Source: the human T2T-CHM13v2.0 reference genome, Homo sapiens. Taken from it: 64,000 nucleotides of DNA. The stretch is taken from the NCBI RefSeq assembly GCF_009914755.1, contig NC_060932.1. One strand, given 5' to 3'. Below the pieces are notes generated by a model. That model was not told the origin of the DNA. It saw only the letters and a list, made by a program, of their open reading frames with translations, and ran no database searches. This document shows, in pieces, positions 12,732 through 27,029 of this stretch; position 1 is the stretch's first letter, and every line of letters starts with the position of its first letter. Made by a program: the position numbers and the translations under genes.

Positions 12732-15164
12732 TAGACTCAAGACTGGAAGTTAGAATTATTATTGATGAATGAAAAAGTGTGGACATCTGATAGCTACTGT
12801 TCTTTTAATAAACTAAAAATAAAATAGTAATTCTATATAACTTTTCATGCTTCCAATGTTCAAGCTATAGATTTTTAAAAAATTTTTTCTCACTTTTGTA
12901 ATGTGAGTATAGGCAAGAAAAAGTAAAATAGCATTATTAAAAAAAAACAGGCAATGTGAATTCAATATTGAAATTAAGAAACATTTCTCTTAAGTTTTTG
13001 AATACCTGCTCAGAATCAAGTGAAACAATTCATTATCTCTCATAGAGACACCAGAACTCCTATTATGCTGTCAATACATATATTTATTAATTATGAAATA
13101 TACTCAAGTCTTGGAATTTACTGTGTAATCTTGTATGTATTGCATTTGTCTTAGAAATAAAATGCTACAGGCTTTTCATTAAGTCGATAGTGTACAAATG
13201 CAATGTTACTAAGAATTCAAAGCAGTATGAAAAATAATAAACATAGTCATGTTAGCATGAACAGCATGCCTAACACTATTTTACAATAATTACTTGCTGA
13301 ACTCACCATACTGTAAGTATCATGACTATCTTTCAGAAATGTGAAAAAGCAGTTTGCTATTCTCTCCTACATTCTCTGAGTTTTTATAGGCCAGTTCATT
13401 TTGTCTCCACTGTGAAATACCTTAAAGGGTAATGTGCTATTCTGACTCTAGTAGTAATTTATTACACCAGTTAATCTTGTAAAATTGCCCTCTGGATGTA
13501 ATAATTTGTTATTCTTCTATGAGGCCTTCTTTTGCATACTGTGTTTATCATAAAGATGTCACCATTGTGATGCCTAGCAACCATTTCAATGTTCTGGAGG
13601 TGTTTGCATATATTTTCCTGGGGGAGAGATCTGCATGGTCCCTGTATGGAAGAGCTGTCAGTGTATTCTGATGTATGAGGATAAAAGGAGCCCCTGCTGC
13701 AGACTCCAATAAGCTCCAGTCACAGCCTGAAAGCAGTGACTTGGGCATCACTATACCATGTTAGAAAATGTGTCAATTATCACATGGATTGCCTAAGGGT
13801 ATTGCCTGGGTCTGGGTCATAAAACCATCAAGACTGAAGGGAGAAAAAATTGATGAAGAAGTAAGTTGAATTAATTGATAACAAGGAAGCCTGTATATGG
13901 AATGTTCACTGTAACTTGAGACCCCCAAATTTTTGTCTGAGAAGCTTTCCTGTAGATGATCCCATGAGTAAAACAAAAACTGTCGATCTTCTTCTACCTA
14001 AAGTATGTGTAACTGGCATTTTCTAAAAGCCAGTAGGTAGTCAAACTAGTCATGAAGCCATAAAAATAAAAATAAAATCATGCTAATAATGTTACAGCTA
14101 TTTTGGTATTATTGTGATTATTAACATACGGTGCCTCTGTTTATATGTGAATACAGTGGAGACCACTTAAATATGTAACCTAGGGCCAAAGTCATGAAGC
14201 GTTATGCACCATTTGTGTAGGTTTCAGTGCAGTTTACTCATGGAAGAGGAAAATTACATATTTTTTATACATTGACAGTTGTTTCTGAGCTGCTTAAATG
14301 ACATCCTTTTCCCACTTCCTTGTGTTCCCCTTGAATTACAGAATCAGATTTAAGGCTTTGTGTCTGATGAGTTCCCTTTAAGAAATCACTATTTACTAGG
14401 CATGAGGATGTTTATTAAAGACACTGGCTGTCTACAGCAGTTGTCAAAACTACTATCCAAACAAACAGTTTCGAGGAAAAAAAATTATTAAGCCATAACA
14501 CTCCATTTTCTGATAATAATGAGTAGACTCTTTGCTCAAAATACTCAGCCAGCCAGCCACACATGGATCCTGAGGTGCTCAGGAATACTGCCTCAGATTT
14601 TTCAAATGGAAATATTGTTCTGAAAATACATTATTAGGGCATATGCAGACAGAGCAGAAAGTTCTCCATCGCTTTATTGGTGATAAAAAAGATTCTTCCA
14701 TCTTACGATTATGGAGTAAATACCAAATTTTCAGTTTTATAAAGAACACCTAAAAGGGTATGGCTTCTCTCACTTAGCATATAATAGGTGATATATTTTC
14801 ATAATGATAGTGTTGGTTATAGTGATGATAATTATGTGCTATAATGCCTAATATAGATTTATCTTCTGGCACATGATGCTTTCTATAAAGGTAAAAGCAA
14901 ACTTTGCATTAGTAGAATCACAGGAGAAAAAAACTAAATTAAAAGATTTATCTAATGCTTTCATCTATCCATCTTGAAGCATGTCACTGCCACTGGACAG
15001 TTTTCCAGTGAAATATGCAGAATTCTTACTAAGTCATGTCTCTTATTTATTCTATTTATATATAAATTGGTAATATTTTTCAGTATATGCAAAGTTAGAC
15101 AGGAATACAGTCTTCCAAATAGAGATTTTAAGTTTTTAATTTAAATTCTATATGCTAAGTAGGA

Positions 15165-15385
15165 AGATGACAGGCTCTGGATCTGAAAATTTATCTTTGC
15201 CACATATTAGCTATACAGTTGCTTAAATTATAAAAGTCTTAAGTTACACATCTTTTTTTAAAAAAAAAAATGTATGTAATATGATAATCTCTCCCAAGCT
15301 ACCTCATAGAACTACTATGAAAACCACATGGAACCATTACTATTAAAATGTTCAGAACATATATATGCTTCAGAATAATATTTTT
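15165..15385 (+). mobile_element. MIR, degraded
   Basis: CAGGCTCTGGATCTGA..TGCCACATATTAGCTATA..CCTCATAGAACTACTATGA. Confidence 0.55.
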
Positions 15386-16283
15386 TGCATCACAAAATAG
15401 TTATAATTATCTATGAGGTTTAAATTATTTTGATTCATCACTATTGCCCCTTAGTATTATTTTCAAAATACAATAAATTACAAATTTTCTAGAATGTTTC
15501 AATTTGACCCAAATCTTTCTTTTACTAGCTAAGTAAAATAAGAGAAGGGTCGTTCTAGATAGATGTCAGGTTATCAATTTAGTTGTTTCCTCTTCCTTTC
15601 TTGATCATGATAACAGGAATTTGTTCTGAAATAAAATGGACTCTAAGGTTATTTCCCAAATATATGAAAAATTCAAATCGTGGCCTGGAACTACAGGAGA
15701 CAATTTAGGTCCCATAACTTAGAGAGTCCCACATAATGACACTAAAGGAGAGGTAGGGTGCAGGGGTGATTGTGCAATCTGAAACTCTGAAACAGAGTTA
15801 CAGAGGTAATATTCTATCAGATTCTCTGTCAAAAACAACAGCAAGAATCGTCTCTGGGCACTGACTTTAGATGAACCCACCCTAGTAATGTGTGTGTATA
15901 GAAAGGAAGAAGGGTAAAAATATACTTTCAAACTGACCTGAGTTGTTTGCTGTGGTTTTCAGTGGAGTTTCCTTTATCTTATTGTAACAAATTAATCTTG
16001 TCCAGGGATATCACATGAAAGGCATAGCAACTCTTCCAACAAGATAAATGGAAACTTTGTAATGAAAACCCCTGCATCTCAGGTTTATAACAATACCCAC
16101 TCATTTGTACATGTGACAAAATAGCTCATGAAGAAGGACTGCCTGAAGAAGAACCATGTTCTCTTAGATAATAAATAAAGAATGTGCTGATATCCAGACT
16201 TGGGGGAATGGCCATGATAGCTTCTGAGCTAGCTCTATAATAATTGACAGGATGCAAATAATTCACTTACTGAGAATACAACA

Positions 16284-17140
16284 TGGTTTAAGTTGGAATC
16301 AGATTTAGCTCAAGTGATAGAAACTTAAAATAAAAATGGCTAAAATAAAGCCATTTGTTCATTCTTCCACATAAACAAAGTCTAGGGACACGCAATTCAA
16401 GACTATTATGCATTCCATGATTAAAAGGAATTGGGATGGTTTTATGTCAACATGAGGCTTTTACCTCATGATCTAGGATGGCTGTTCAAACTCTAACATT
16501 TCATGTTCACATTCTAACCAGAAGGAAATTCGAAGGCTGAGGAAAGGTGCACAATTTAGAGGAAAAGGCTAAGCTACTGACTACAGATCTCAAATATGTG
16601 ATTAAAGAAGAAAGAATTTTATTTTCTTCCCCTGCATCATTTCAAGTTGATTAAGTTGGTTGCTCTGCATTTATGTAGTCAATAAGGAATACAGATTCCA
16701 TTCATCTTTTTCTTCCATCATTCCTAGGGTGTGGTCTTCATCTGTGTGACCTGACCTGAGACATAGACATGTCCATCTTGCAGCTCTTGGGAAGAGGATA
16801 GGGGGAAGATAACAAGTGCAATGTGTTAAGTCCCAGACCTGAAAATGACACCTCTCAATCGTTTTGACTCATCTTTTATTGGCAAGAATGTCATTGCATG
16901 GCTACATTCAAGAGTCTGGCTGGGTATGTATGTCCCAGCTACAAATATATTATTATACAAAAAGAAAATAATTTATATTTAGGAGCCTCCATCACAAAGA
17001 GTCTAAGCATTCCTCTTAAAGACACATGTGACAGAAATACACAGCACTTCCATTATTGGAACATAGTCATATAGCCCCAACTACTTAGAAGGGAGACTGG
17101 GAAATACAGACTTTATTCTGGGCAGCTATTGACCTCCTTT
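16284..17140 (-). mobile_element. Old MaLR LTRs (MLT1K/L-like), apparently one nested in another
   Basis: Two sets of MLT1 antisense motifs (ATTGGCAAGAATGTCATTGCATGGCTAC; ATTGGAACATAGTCATATAGCCCCAACTACTTAGAAGGGAGACTGGGAAAT). Confidence 0.55.
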
Positions 17141-17906
17141 AAGAAAAAAATACATTCTAGTAATAATAAAAAATGAAAAAAAATTGAGCATCTTTTATCC
17201 CACACAGTCACAGGAAATGTACTAAACAAAGGACATGTAATTCGAAGTTCAAGTATAATATATTGAGAAAACATGTTCTTAACGCTGTCAAAAGTGAAAT
17301 GTCTGTGGAACAATAGGGTAAGAGTATGCTTGAGAACAAATGGTGAATGGCAAACTTGAACAGTTTAGATACATGTTAATAACCAATCTAAATTGCATTC
17401 ATTAAAAGATAAAGGCATTGCATTTTATAACAATATTAATTACTTTGGTAATACATACTAACTTATTGTTTCTTTGTTTAACCAAGCTAGTGGGTTCCTC
17501 TAGAAAATTATCCATCCTTACTGTGCCTTGGTCCACTTTCACAGAAATAATAACTAGTAGATTTGGGAGAATTCTCAAAACTATTTGACTGATCTATTAA
17601 CTTACTCAGCTAATAATTATTGTTTATTTAATGCAAAACAGAGTTTAGGCATTCAGAATTCACCAGAAAAAAAGTAGAAAACCGTATTCCTATGGAGCTT
17701 CTACAGTTGTAGGGAATAGAGCTATAAATTTAAAAACTAGAGTATATTAAAGGAAAATTAGTACAATATAATGAAAAAAATGGGGGCATGGAGTGATAGA
17801 GGTGTTAGTGTTGGTAGTGAGGAAAGACCATTTTGATAAGGATGCATTACAGAAAAGATCTAAAAGAAATGAGGTAGAAAAGGGTGAGTTAAGAGAGTGG
17901 AGGAGA

Positions 17907-18263
<357 letters not shown>

Positions 18264-18663
18264 TCATGAAGCTCTTTTTGGCCATATTATGGAGATCACA
18301 TTTTATTTTGAGTGAGATGAGAGGCCCTAAGAGGACATCAAGCACAAAGGTAACTGATTTTTCTTTTTATTACAATAGGGTTGCTCTGCCTGCCTTGCAG
18401 TAAATAGATTGCAGGGTTACCAGGTAGAAGGATATTGCAATAGTCTAGAACATAGATGATGATGATGATGCTGGTCTTGAGATGTAGTCAGATACTGAAC
18501 AAAGTTTACTGATGGTTTGAATTTGATGTGCAAAATAATAAAAGAAAGCTAGGTTAATCCAAGTACTTTGAAGCAATTTGGAAGAAAGGATGTGCCATGC
18601 ATTGGCATGGGAAACTGGCAATGGATTGGCTGTGGTAGGGAAATCCAGAGTTCAATTTTGGAC

Positions 18664-18792
18664 CTCATAAGTCTGGGATATATATATATATCCCAGACTT
18701 ATGAGATATATAAGTCTTATATATATATAAGACTTATAAGCATATATATATATACTTATGAGATATATAAGACTTTTATATATATATATATC
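18664..18792. repeat. (TA)n-centred palindrome cluster
   Basis: Perfect palindromes at 18664-18705 (42 bp) and 18709-18738 (30 bp), with degenerate copies following. Confidence 0.9.
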
Positions 18793-18940
18793 TGTGTAAA
18801 CTTGAGCAAGTAACTAGGTCTCGTATTTGTATCTACAACTTGAAAATAGTAATATAGTCAATTTGATGGAGTTATGAGGATTAAATAAGCTAAAACATGT
18901 AAAAAGAACTGTGCCTGAACCACGGTAATGGTTCAGTAGG
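18793..18940 (+). mobile_element. MIR
   Basis: TGTGTAAACTTGAGCAAGTAAC..GAGTTATGAGGATTAAATAAGCTAA..ATGTAAAA..GTGCCTG. Confidence 0.7.
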
Positions 18941-19232
18941 ATTAGAACCATTGAATTAGGTAGGATTAGAAGGACAAAGGGAGATACTGGGAAGGCAGTT
19001 GAATACCTGAGTCTAGATTCAGTAGGGAGTCTAGATTCAGTAAATATATAAAATATAATCTATATTATTTACATAAAATGTATATATAATGTATTTTATA
19101 ATATACTTAATATATAAAAATATATTAAGTATATACTAGATTCAGTAGGGAGGTCCAGGGCTAGGGGTAGAAATTTAGAAGTTCAGCATCTGGATGGTGT
19201 TTAAAGCTGTGAGAGTAAATGACATTACCTGG

Positions 19233-19606
19233 TGTCTTAGTAAATTTACACTACTCTAACAAATTACCATAGACTGGGTGGCTTAAACAACAAACATTAA
19301 TTTCTCACAGTTCTAGAAGCTGAAAGTCTAAGATCAAGATGCCAGCAGATCCAGTGTCTCATGAGGACTCACTTTCTGATTAACAGACAGCTTTCTTCTT
19401 GCCATGTCCTCACATGACAGAGAGAGGGAGAGAGAATATACATAAGCTCTTTTGTGTCTCTTCTTATAAGGGGAATAGTCCCACCATGAGGGTTCCACTC
19501 TTAAGGCCTAACATCTTAAAAGGCTCCATCACCAAATATCATCCCATTAGCAGTAGGGGATTCAACAGTTGGATTTTAGAGGGACACAAACATTCAGTCC
19601 ATAACA
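19233..19606 (-). mobile_element. MLT1A/MLT1A0 solo LTR (MaLR)
   Basis: TGTCTTAG..ACCATAGACTGGGTGGCTTAAACAAC..GGGACACAAACATTCAGTCCATAACA; 5-bp TSD CCTGG/CCTAG. Confidence 0.9.
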
Positions 19607-22600
19607 CCTAGAGAATAGGTGTAAAAAAGAAAGAAGATCAACTGTTTGATACCTCGAGAATTCCAGTGTTTACAAGTGAGGACAATAAAGAAGACCAAGT
19701 AAAGAAAATTGAAGAAGAGTAAGCTTAGAGGAAAGAGCAGATCCCAGTGAACAGGAAGTAAGACATGTTTATATTTTCAGCTTGACATACAATAGGTCAG
19801 AATGACCAAGATAAAATTAATAGATGAAATAAACTGGGATTTTCATACTGTAACACAGACATAATTGGTTCAAATTAAACCCATATGGGAAAAGTATGTT
19901 TTCTCGTCCCTTATTTCAATTGTGTCTCAAGAAAATTTATTTGAAAATGCACTTTAGAATTTTGTCAGAGATGTATATTGGGGTTACATGTTACACATTT
20001 GCAGTTTCCAAATTTCAGCCTGGTATTTGCTCATATTTAGTCTTCTAGCACCATTATATTCTATAGTATCCCAAAGATCGTCAGAGGTATTTCTATCCAT
20101 ATCTATATTTGATATCAAGCTATGTTTAATGATCTTCATTTTATCGTACTTTACCTTATTATTAGAAGCTCACACTCCCATCAATGGAGATAGAAGGTGT
20201 AAGAAATACATTGAGATTGATATACATAGGTCTTGTTTTATTACCACACCTTATAATAATTCTGGCACTTGGAAGTCCTTCAAAATACAGTTTATGGGAA
20301 AGAGAAAAGCCATTTTTTTTTCAAAATAAAAAACAGTTTTGATTTCTATTTGAAGTGAAGAGTGTGGGTTAAATTGTGTGCTATCAAAATCAATTTTCTC
20401 GATATTGGGTTCTGTGCTTCAGAAGTGATAGCCATGAAGTCCAAACAATGCTTGATTTTTCTGTCAAAACATGTAGGGCTGATCATGGTACCTTGGAGGG
20501 CTCTGAGTCCAAAATAGAATGAACCAGAATCAACTAGCAACTGAGGAATGATCGGAAAATATTAGTTTCCTTCAGAAGGGCAATAATTCGATTTAATTTA
20601 GCAAAAAAGCTAATTTAGAACACAGTCTCTGTGTTCATATACATGTAAGCAAACACACACACTTAACATGTTTATAAAAGGTAAACTAGGACACAACAGG
20701 ACACTGTAAGATGCAATAAGATGAATATCTGACAGAACATTGCCAGAGATACAACATAAGGGCAAATATTTAAGTAAATATAATGTTATAGACCAGGAAC
20801 TCTTTTTCTCTAATCAACAGCAAGCAGTTCAGAGATCAGAGACTTGTTCAACCTCATGACCTAAGGTGATAGATAATTCAGAGCAAACTAAAACCATCTG
20901 TATATATGTGTAGAGTACACACTAAGTGATGGAATTTTTGAATGGATATACACACAAATATATATGTGTGTGCACGTTATACTTCTGCTTCTTCTCAACT
21001 GCCCTCATTAGGTGAGATAAAGGCTCAGGCACACATTTAATATAATTGCTAGTAAATATGGTAACTATTTTCTTCTACTAAAGTTACAAAAATTCTTTGA
21101 ATTTTATATCAGGGTCTAAATTTGTAATGGAAAATGATGTTTGATGATGTTTAAATGCAGAGTACGTCATTTTATAAAGCATAGGTCTCTTTTAAGTTTT
21201 TTTTTTTAACTTCTTGACATGTGTCACAATTTGGAATTCTGCTCTCATGGGATAAATGCCAGATTACATGGTGTAGTATTTTTATCCTCTGTACTTTCGC
21301 TGTAGAAGCATACAACATCAAAGGAGAGGCAGATCACTCACATCAGCAGAAAATGGAATAGGACTATAATATGCCGGCTTTGATCTTGCCTTCTAGTAAT
21401 TATCTTGGCTGCATGCATGCATTGAAAGTAAGATTTGAATTAATAAGGCCAAGAAATCCTAGAAAATGTAAGAGGTATCCCTGAAGATAAACTTCTCCTA
21501 TCTTCAGCATGATAGATTGCAACCGAGTGTATGAAGTAGTGAGCTGTTAATTTAAAGCATTAATCCTGAAATGTTATTCTCTCTTAAACTTGTCACTGAT
21601 GTATTTAGGACTGCAATCTTGTCAATTAAGACATTATCACTTTAAATTCCCTCTCACCTCTACTACAGAGCATTTAGCTCATATTCATCTGCTTCCATCT
21701 AGATTTTCAAATAACAGAAAGGTAAAAATAATTAAATTTATTTTTTAAAATCATCATCACAGCTTAGTTCACTGCCATTAAAAACTACTCTAATATTGCC
21801 TTAAGAAAGATTGCTTTTGATTTAAAAAGTAAATCAAATCATCCACATATACACAGGATTTATATAAAGAATTTGATGACATTATGTTCTGAGTCAAACT
21901 TTTCATGTTCCTATTTGTTTGTTTACCAGCGTTTATAGCCATATTCTATGGAAAAGATTCTATTTTTCCCTTATGTCAATAGAATTTACCATGTCTGTTG
22001 GAGTTTAATAAGGTGGATAATTTCAGAAGTATCTAAGACTAATATGCTCCAGAGATAAGAAAGCTTTCAGCAGCAAAATATTTCTACAATATTTGAGGAT
22101 TTAATTCACTTTGTAACTGATTAGCTACCATACATGAGAAGTGCAGAACTCAATTGACATTAAGTAGTGGTGTTTTGCTTGTATAAAACTGTCTCAAACG
22201 AATTGTGTATTATTCTAATTGAAAACTGTTTCATCTATAGTAATATCAAGACTGGTATCATAACTTGTTAATTAAACTTTACCTGCAATAAATTAGACCC
22301 AATCTATTTCATTCCTACCTACCAAATGCAAGTTAAATGCACACAAACGAGCCATCATATACAATCACAGGGAAGCACACCACTATTCCCTTCCACATCA
22401 TAAGAAAAGATGTTTTAAATCTTATGAAGAAGGTTTAGAGGCCATTTGTGTAGTAAACTAACAAAAGAACAAACTTCTTTGAAGAAACATTCTCTCTCAG
22501 AGTTGAAAATAATTTCTGATTTCCTCTAAAAGTACCAAATGATTGTGTAATAAATGAGGGTTGAGAAATAGAGGATTACCTTCCAAGAAAACATCAACCA

Positions 22601-25600
22601 CAGCTTGTGTATTTTTTAAGTGTTGTGAATTCTACTTTGTGGTACAAGCAGTAATAAAAGTAAGTATCTACTTCTAATAGTGGTGTTCAATCGTATCTAG
22701 TGACTTTTTAGGAGAGCTGAATATACAAGGACACCTTTTTACTGATGTTCATATACATTTCACTGGCATCGTTAAAAAGAATGAACATTCCAGAGTTGTG
22801 ATAGGAAATGATAGATAACTTTGTCTTCTATCTCAGACTTCCTATATGCCCGATTTGTTCTAGCACATTGCACACATTTGCCTGTTTCCTTATCTGTAAG
22901 GTACAACCAGAGCCAAACAAGAACTAGAGTTCCGTGAAAAGTGAGGTTTTGTTTGCACCCCACCTCCTAAAGTGCTGACAAGCAGGAAACAGTCATTCTT
23001 ATAAGTATGTGCTAACTTCTTGGGGAGGTTTTCTTTTTCACTGTGGGTAAAATGAGAAATGTTGGATGCCTCTAGACCGACAATTAGCTAACCAAAAGTA
23101 AGCATCCAGTTTTCAGTAGTATGAAAGCATCTGAAAGGGGAGGCAACTTTTATCACGATTGAAGTGAAACGTTTAAGGAACTTGTTAATTTAGAAAGATA
23201 AAAGTATGTGAGCAGGCGTATGCACTGTGATCAAAATATTCTTTTAAAAAGACACATGCCATCAGTAAGTGGTTTATCTATGCTAAAAGAAGTGAGCCTC
23301 AGCACTCGCAGTTGGCCTCTTGCAGCAGAATTCATATGGCCTCAGTAGCTTGCAGCCCTGCCAACCAAAATTCTAAAAACTGTTCTTTTTTTTTCTCTTG
23401 CGTTGCCAAGTTCCTTACAGCCTTAAGTGTTGGAGAAGAGGTCACTGGAGTTAAAGCAGTGGCTGGGAGGACTTCCCATATAAGCAAAGCCCATTGCCAG
23501 TGGCTGTTACATGTTCGTTTTTCCAGCTGAATGAAATCCAGTAGGGGCGGGCTTGCATTTAGGCTCACATCAACCACCAGTCCCTTCAGCAGGGCTGGGT
23601 TATTAAAGTACGAGGTGATTTAGGGAGCATTGTGTGTCGGCGTCCATCAGCCTGGGAAGTGCTGCTCAGATCTGGGAAGTCATTTAGCTTGGCTGTGTGT
23701 TCTCACCACTGCGGAACAGTATTTAAGCACAAGATTTCTGGCCCAGGTCATTGAATGATTGTGGTGCACTCTGAACAGAGGGAAATATAAGACATCCAGA
23801 GTGGTTTAGGAACACCAAAAGCTTCCTTCTCTGGTTTGTAGTTGGAACATCAAGTATATTTCAAAAGCCTAAAGTTATTTTGTACCAAAAATATACAGAT
23901 TTCAGTATCAGCACCCGAAATAAAAGTAAATTATTTCAGTAATAGAACATTGTGGTGTGAAAACCCCACAACAAACAGCTTCTTCATCATCTCTAAGCCT
24001 ATCAATTACATTTCATTATTTCTCTGAATTGTGGCATTGAACACATTTTAGTGTTAGGTTGTTCATGGCACTTGCATATTTCTTCAGAATGCCTGAAACA
24101 AAGAGATGTTGCTGCAAATGGCAGGCTGAAATTTCTATGTTCCAGAAAATCTCTTTCATTCCCTAAATAAATAAACAACAACAAAAAATTTCTATCTGAG
24201 GTCTCTGTGACCTGCTGACTCAGCCAGTAATTCAAACTCCTGCTGCCTCATCTAAGCATTTCAGAGACCTGTGGATTTAAGAGTCATGATGGAGAGAACA
24301 GGCATTTCAGAAAGACAATGGGTGGATTTTCATCCCCTAAAATAGTATATGCTGTATCAGCTGCTAGTTGACTCTCTTGTTTTATGTTAATGATTTAGAG
24401 AGAAACTGAAGGTAGTGGAAGTCCAGTATTTATTCATCTGATTTTCTTCATATACTGCACTGAAAATATAGAAATCAGGGACATTCTATTATGAGATATT
24501 TAAGGATCAGGGTGTGTTATTGTTTTCTTGTGGCTGGCAACCACATGGCATAGTTTCATAGATATAATTATTACCCTGATCTAGGGCTTTACTGCTGAAT
24601 TAAATGTTGCAGATCTCTGTTTCCATACCATCTAAGATGACTGTTTCTTTCTTTTTTCTTTTTTTTTTTTTGCAATTTTACCAATATTATAGTAAGTCAA
24701 AACAATAAATATAAAATGAAAAGAGATTATGATTTTTAAATTTGTGAAGCTTAACCTTGGGTAAAATAATGTTAACAAATAAAAAAAAATGTTGCTAAAT
24801 TAACTCCCCCACCTTCAGGGTTCTGTTACTAAAAGACACCTGACAATAATATTAAAAATTCAAAATATTTCTGGCTTTATTAAAAAATGAAAATAAAAGT
24901 TTGAGATTACAAGTGTATGTGTATGAGAGACTGCATAGAGGTACTTTATGTTCAGTAAAAGAAAATAGGAAAAAGCAAATTAAATAGTATAGCCATGAGA
25001 AGTAATATATTTTGGAATACTTACAATTAATTTTTAATTGCTATCCATTGAAAATGTTTTAGGACCTTTCTTCTACATAAATTCAATAGAAATCATTCTA
25101 AATGTGTTCCTTTTAGTGTGTTTTCTAGTAGAATAATTTGCATAAACCAAAATGTTTGACCTAATTTGTAATCTTTGGTTGTGGACTCCTGCCCCTTTGA
25201 TCCTACTATGGTTTGAGAAACACCAAGTAACCTGAATTCTTGAAATGGAAAAGGTTTTAGAGACCATTAATTACACTATCAAACTGAATAAGTATTGCTC
25301 AAATACCTTCAAGATAGCACTAGCTTTTCCTGTGATAACTTTATGCCATCACAGTCATCAGCCACTCTGCAGATGGCTGGCTTACATTCTGTAACAGAAT
25401 CAGTCCACAAGCAAGGTTCTCTCATTGTCTTCACTGCCTCTGACTTTGGGCCTGGCATATTGGCACTTAAGAAACAAAATATACATTTAAAAGGAATACA
25501 GAAAAATTGTTTTTTGTAAACAATGTAAATTCATGGAACAAAAATGAAAGAAATCCCTTCCAACCAGTGTGGGCACAATAGTTTGTTGAATTAGCACGGT

Positions 25601-25875
25601 TACGTATCCCCCTAAAATATTAAAATACAATTACCATCTCTCTTGTATTTCAGTGTACAAAATATTAAGAGACTGATTTGTGAGGTTCTATCATACTTCT
25701 AAATACCACCATTTAACACTTCTGCATTCTTACACGACCTGTGGCTATTCCAGATCCTCTCCCGCTAATACTTCTGGTCATCCAAAATGATCAGTAGTAT
25801 TCTCTTGAATCCTCAACTTTGTCTGAAACTTGATGTCAGGCTGTGGTGAGGTTGTGGAAGCAAATGCTTTCTTCT

Positions 25876-26643
25876 ATTTATTTATTTTTTATTTCAATAG
25901 CTTCTGGGGTCCAGGTGGTTTTTTTGTTACATGGATAAGTTATTTAGGGGTGACTTCTGGGATTTTGTTGTACCTGTCACCCAAGCAGAATACACTGTAC
26001 CTAATGTATAGTCTTTTATCCCTCACCCCCCTCCCACCTTTCTCCCACAGAGTCTCCCAAAGTCCGTTATATCATTCTTATGCCTTTGCATCCTCATAGC
26101 TTAGCTCCCACTTCTAAGTGAGAACGTACAATACTTGATTTTCCATTCCTGAGATAATTCATTTAGAATAATGGTCTCCAGCGCCATCCATGTTGCTGCA
26201 AAATACATTATTTTCTTCTTTCTTATGGCTGATTAGTATTTTATGGTGTTTATATACCACATTTTCTTTATCAAGTCATTGATTGATGGGCACTTAGGTT
26301 GGTTCCACAATTTTGCAATTGCAAATTATGCTCTCCTCTAAATATGTGTGCATGTCTCTTTTTCATATAACAACTTCTTTCCCTTTGGGTAGATACCCAG
26401 TAGGGGGATGCTGGATCAAATGGTAGTTAGTTCTACTTTTAGTTCTTTAAGGAATTTCCGTACTGCTTTCCATAGTGGTTGTACTAGCGTACATTCCCAC
26501 CAGCAGAGTAAAATTGTTCGCCTTTCACCACCTCCAAGCCAACATTTATTATTTTTGACTTTCAATTACAGCTATTCTTACAGGAATAAGGTGTTGTCTC
26601 ATTGCGGCTTTACTTTGCATTTCCTTGATAACTAGTGATGTTG
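25876..26643 (-). mobile_element. L1PB 3' end, 5'-truncated
   Basis: TTTCAATAGCTTCTGGGGTCCAGGTGGTT..GTTACATGGATAAG; L1 3'UTR and ORF2 end; degenerate TSD GCAAATGCTTTCTTCT/GCAAATGTACTCTTCT. Confidence 0.9.
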
Positions 26644-27029
26644 GCAAATGTACTCTTCTTGACCTGAACTTTGTTTATTTTATTAGAAGTACCCTTAGGT
26701 AATCCTGAGGAATTAGGAATTTTGGTAACAATATTTACTTTGATGCTTCTTCCAGTGTTCTTTGTTTTGTTTTTGTTTTTCAGTGGGGGAGGGGATTTCT
26801 AAATGACGTTAATATTCTTAGATTACACATCTATTATGCCTGGTTATCTTTGTAAAATAGATCATATGTTTTGTGAGTCCTTTCGGGCTTCAATTGCTAA
26901 TCTCCATATGCTCTTGGATCTATAATAAGCTGGAACACACAGACCAATTCTTGTGCCATTAAGTTCACAAAATATTTATATGTCAGATCTAATGCTTTAC
27001 CTCCAAAAAGAATCAGTGAAAAACATAGA

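Noticed and set aside
13560-13866. Plus-strand exon ending at GAA|GTAAGT (13860)
   Set aside because: No convincing acceptor or recognisable reading frame; such donors occur by chance
14991-15010. Short 7-bp stems (also ~38676-38698, 56714-56732, 60042-60087)
   Set aside because: Expected by chance in 64 kb
23538-23552. CTCF site CCAGTAGGGGCG
   Set aside because: One base short of the CCASYAGRKGGC core spacing; not supportable alone
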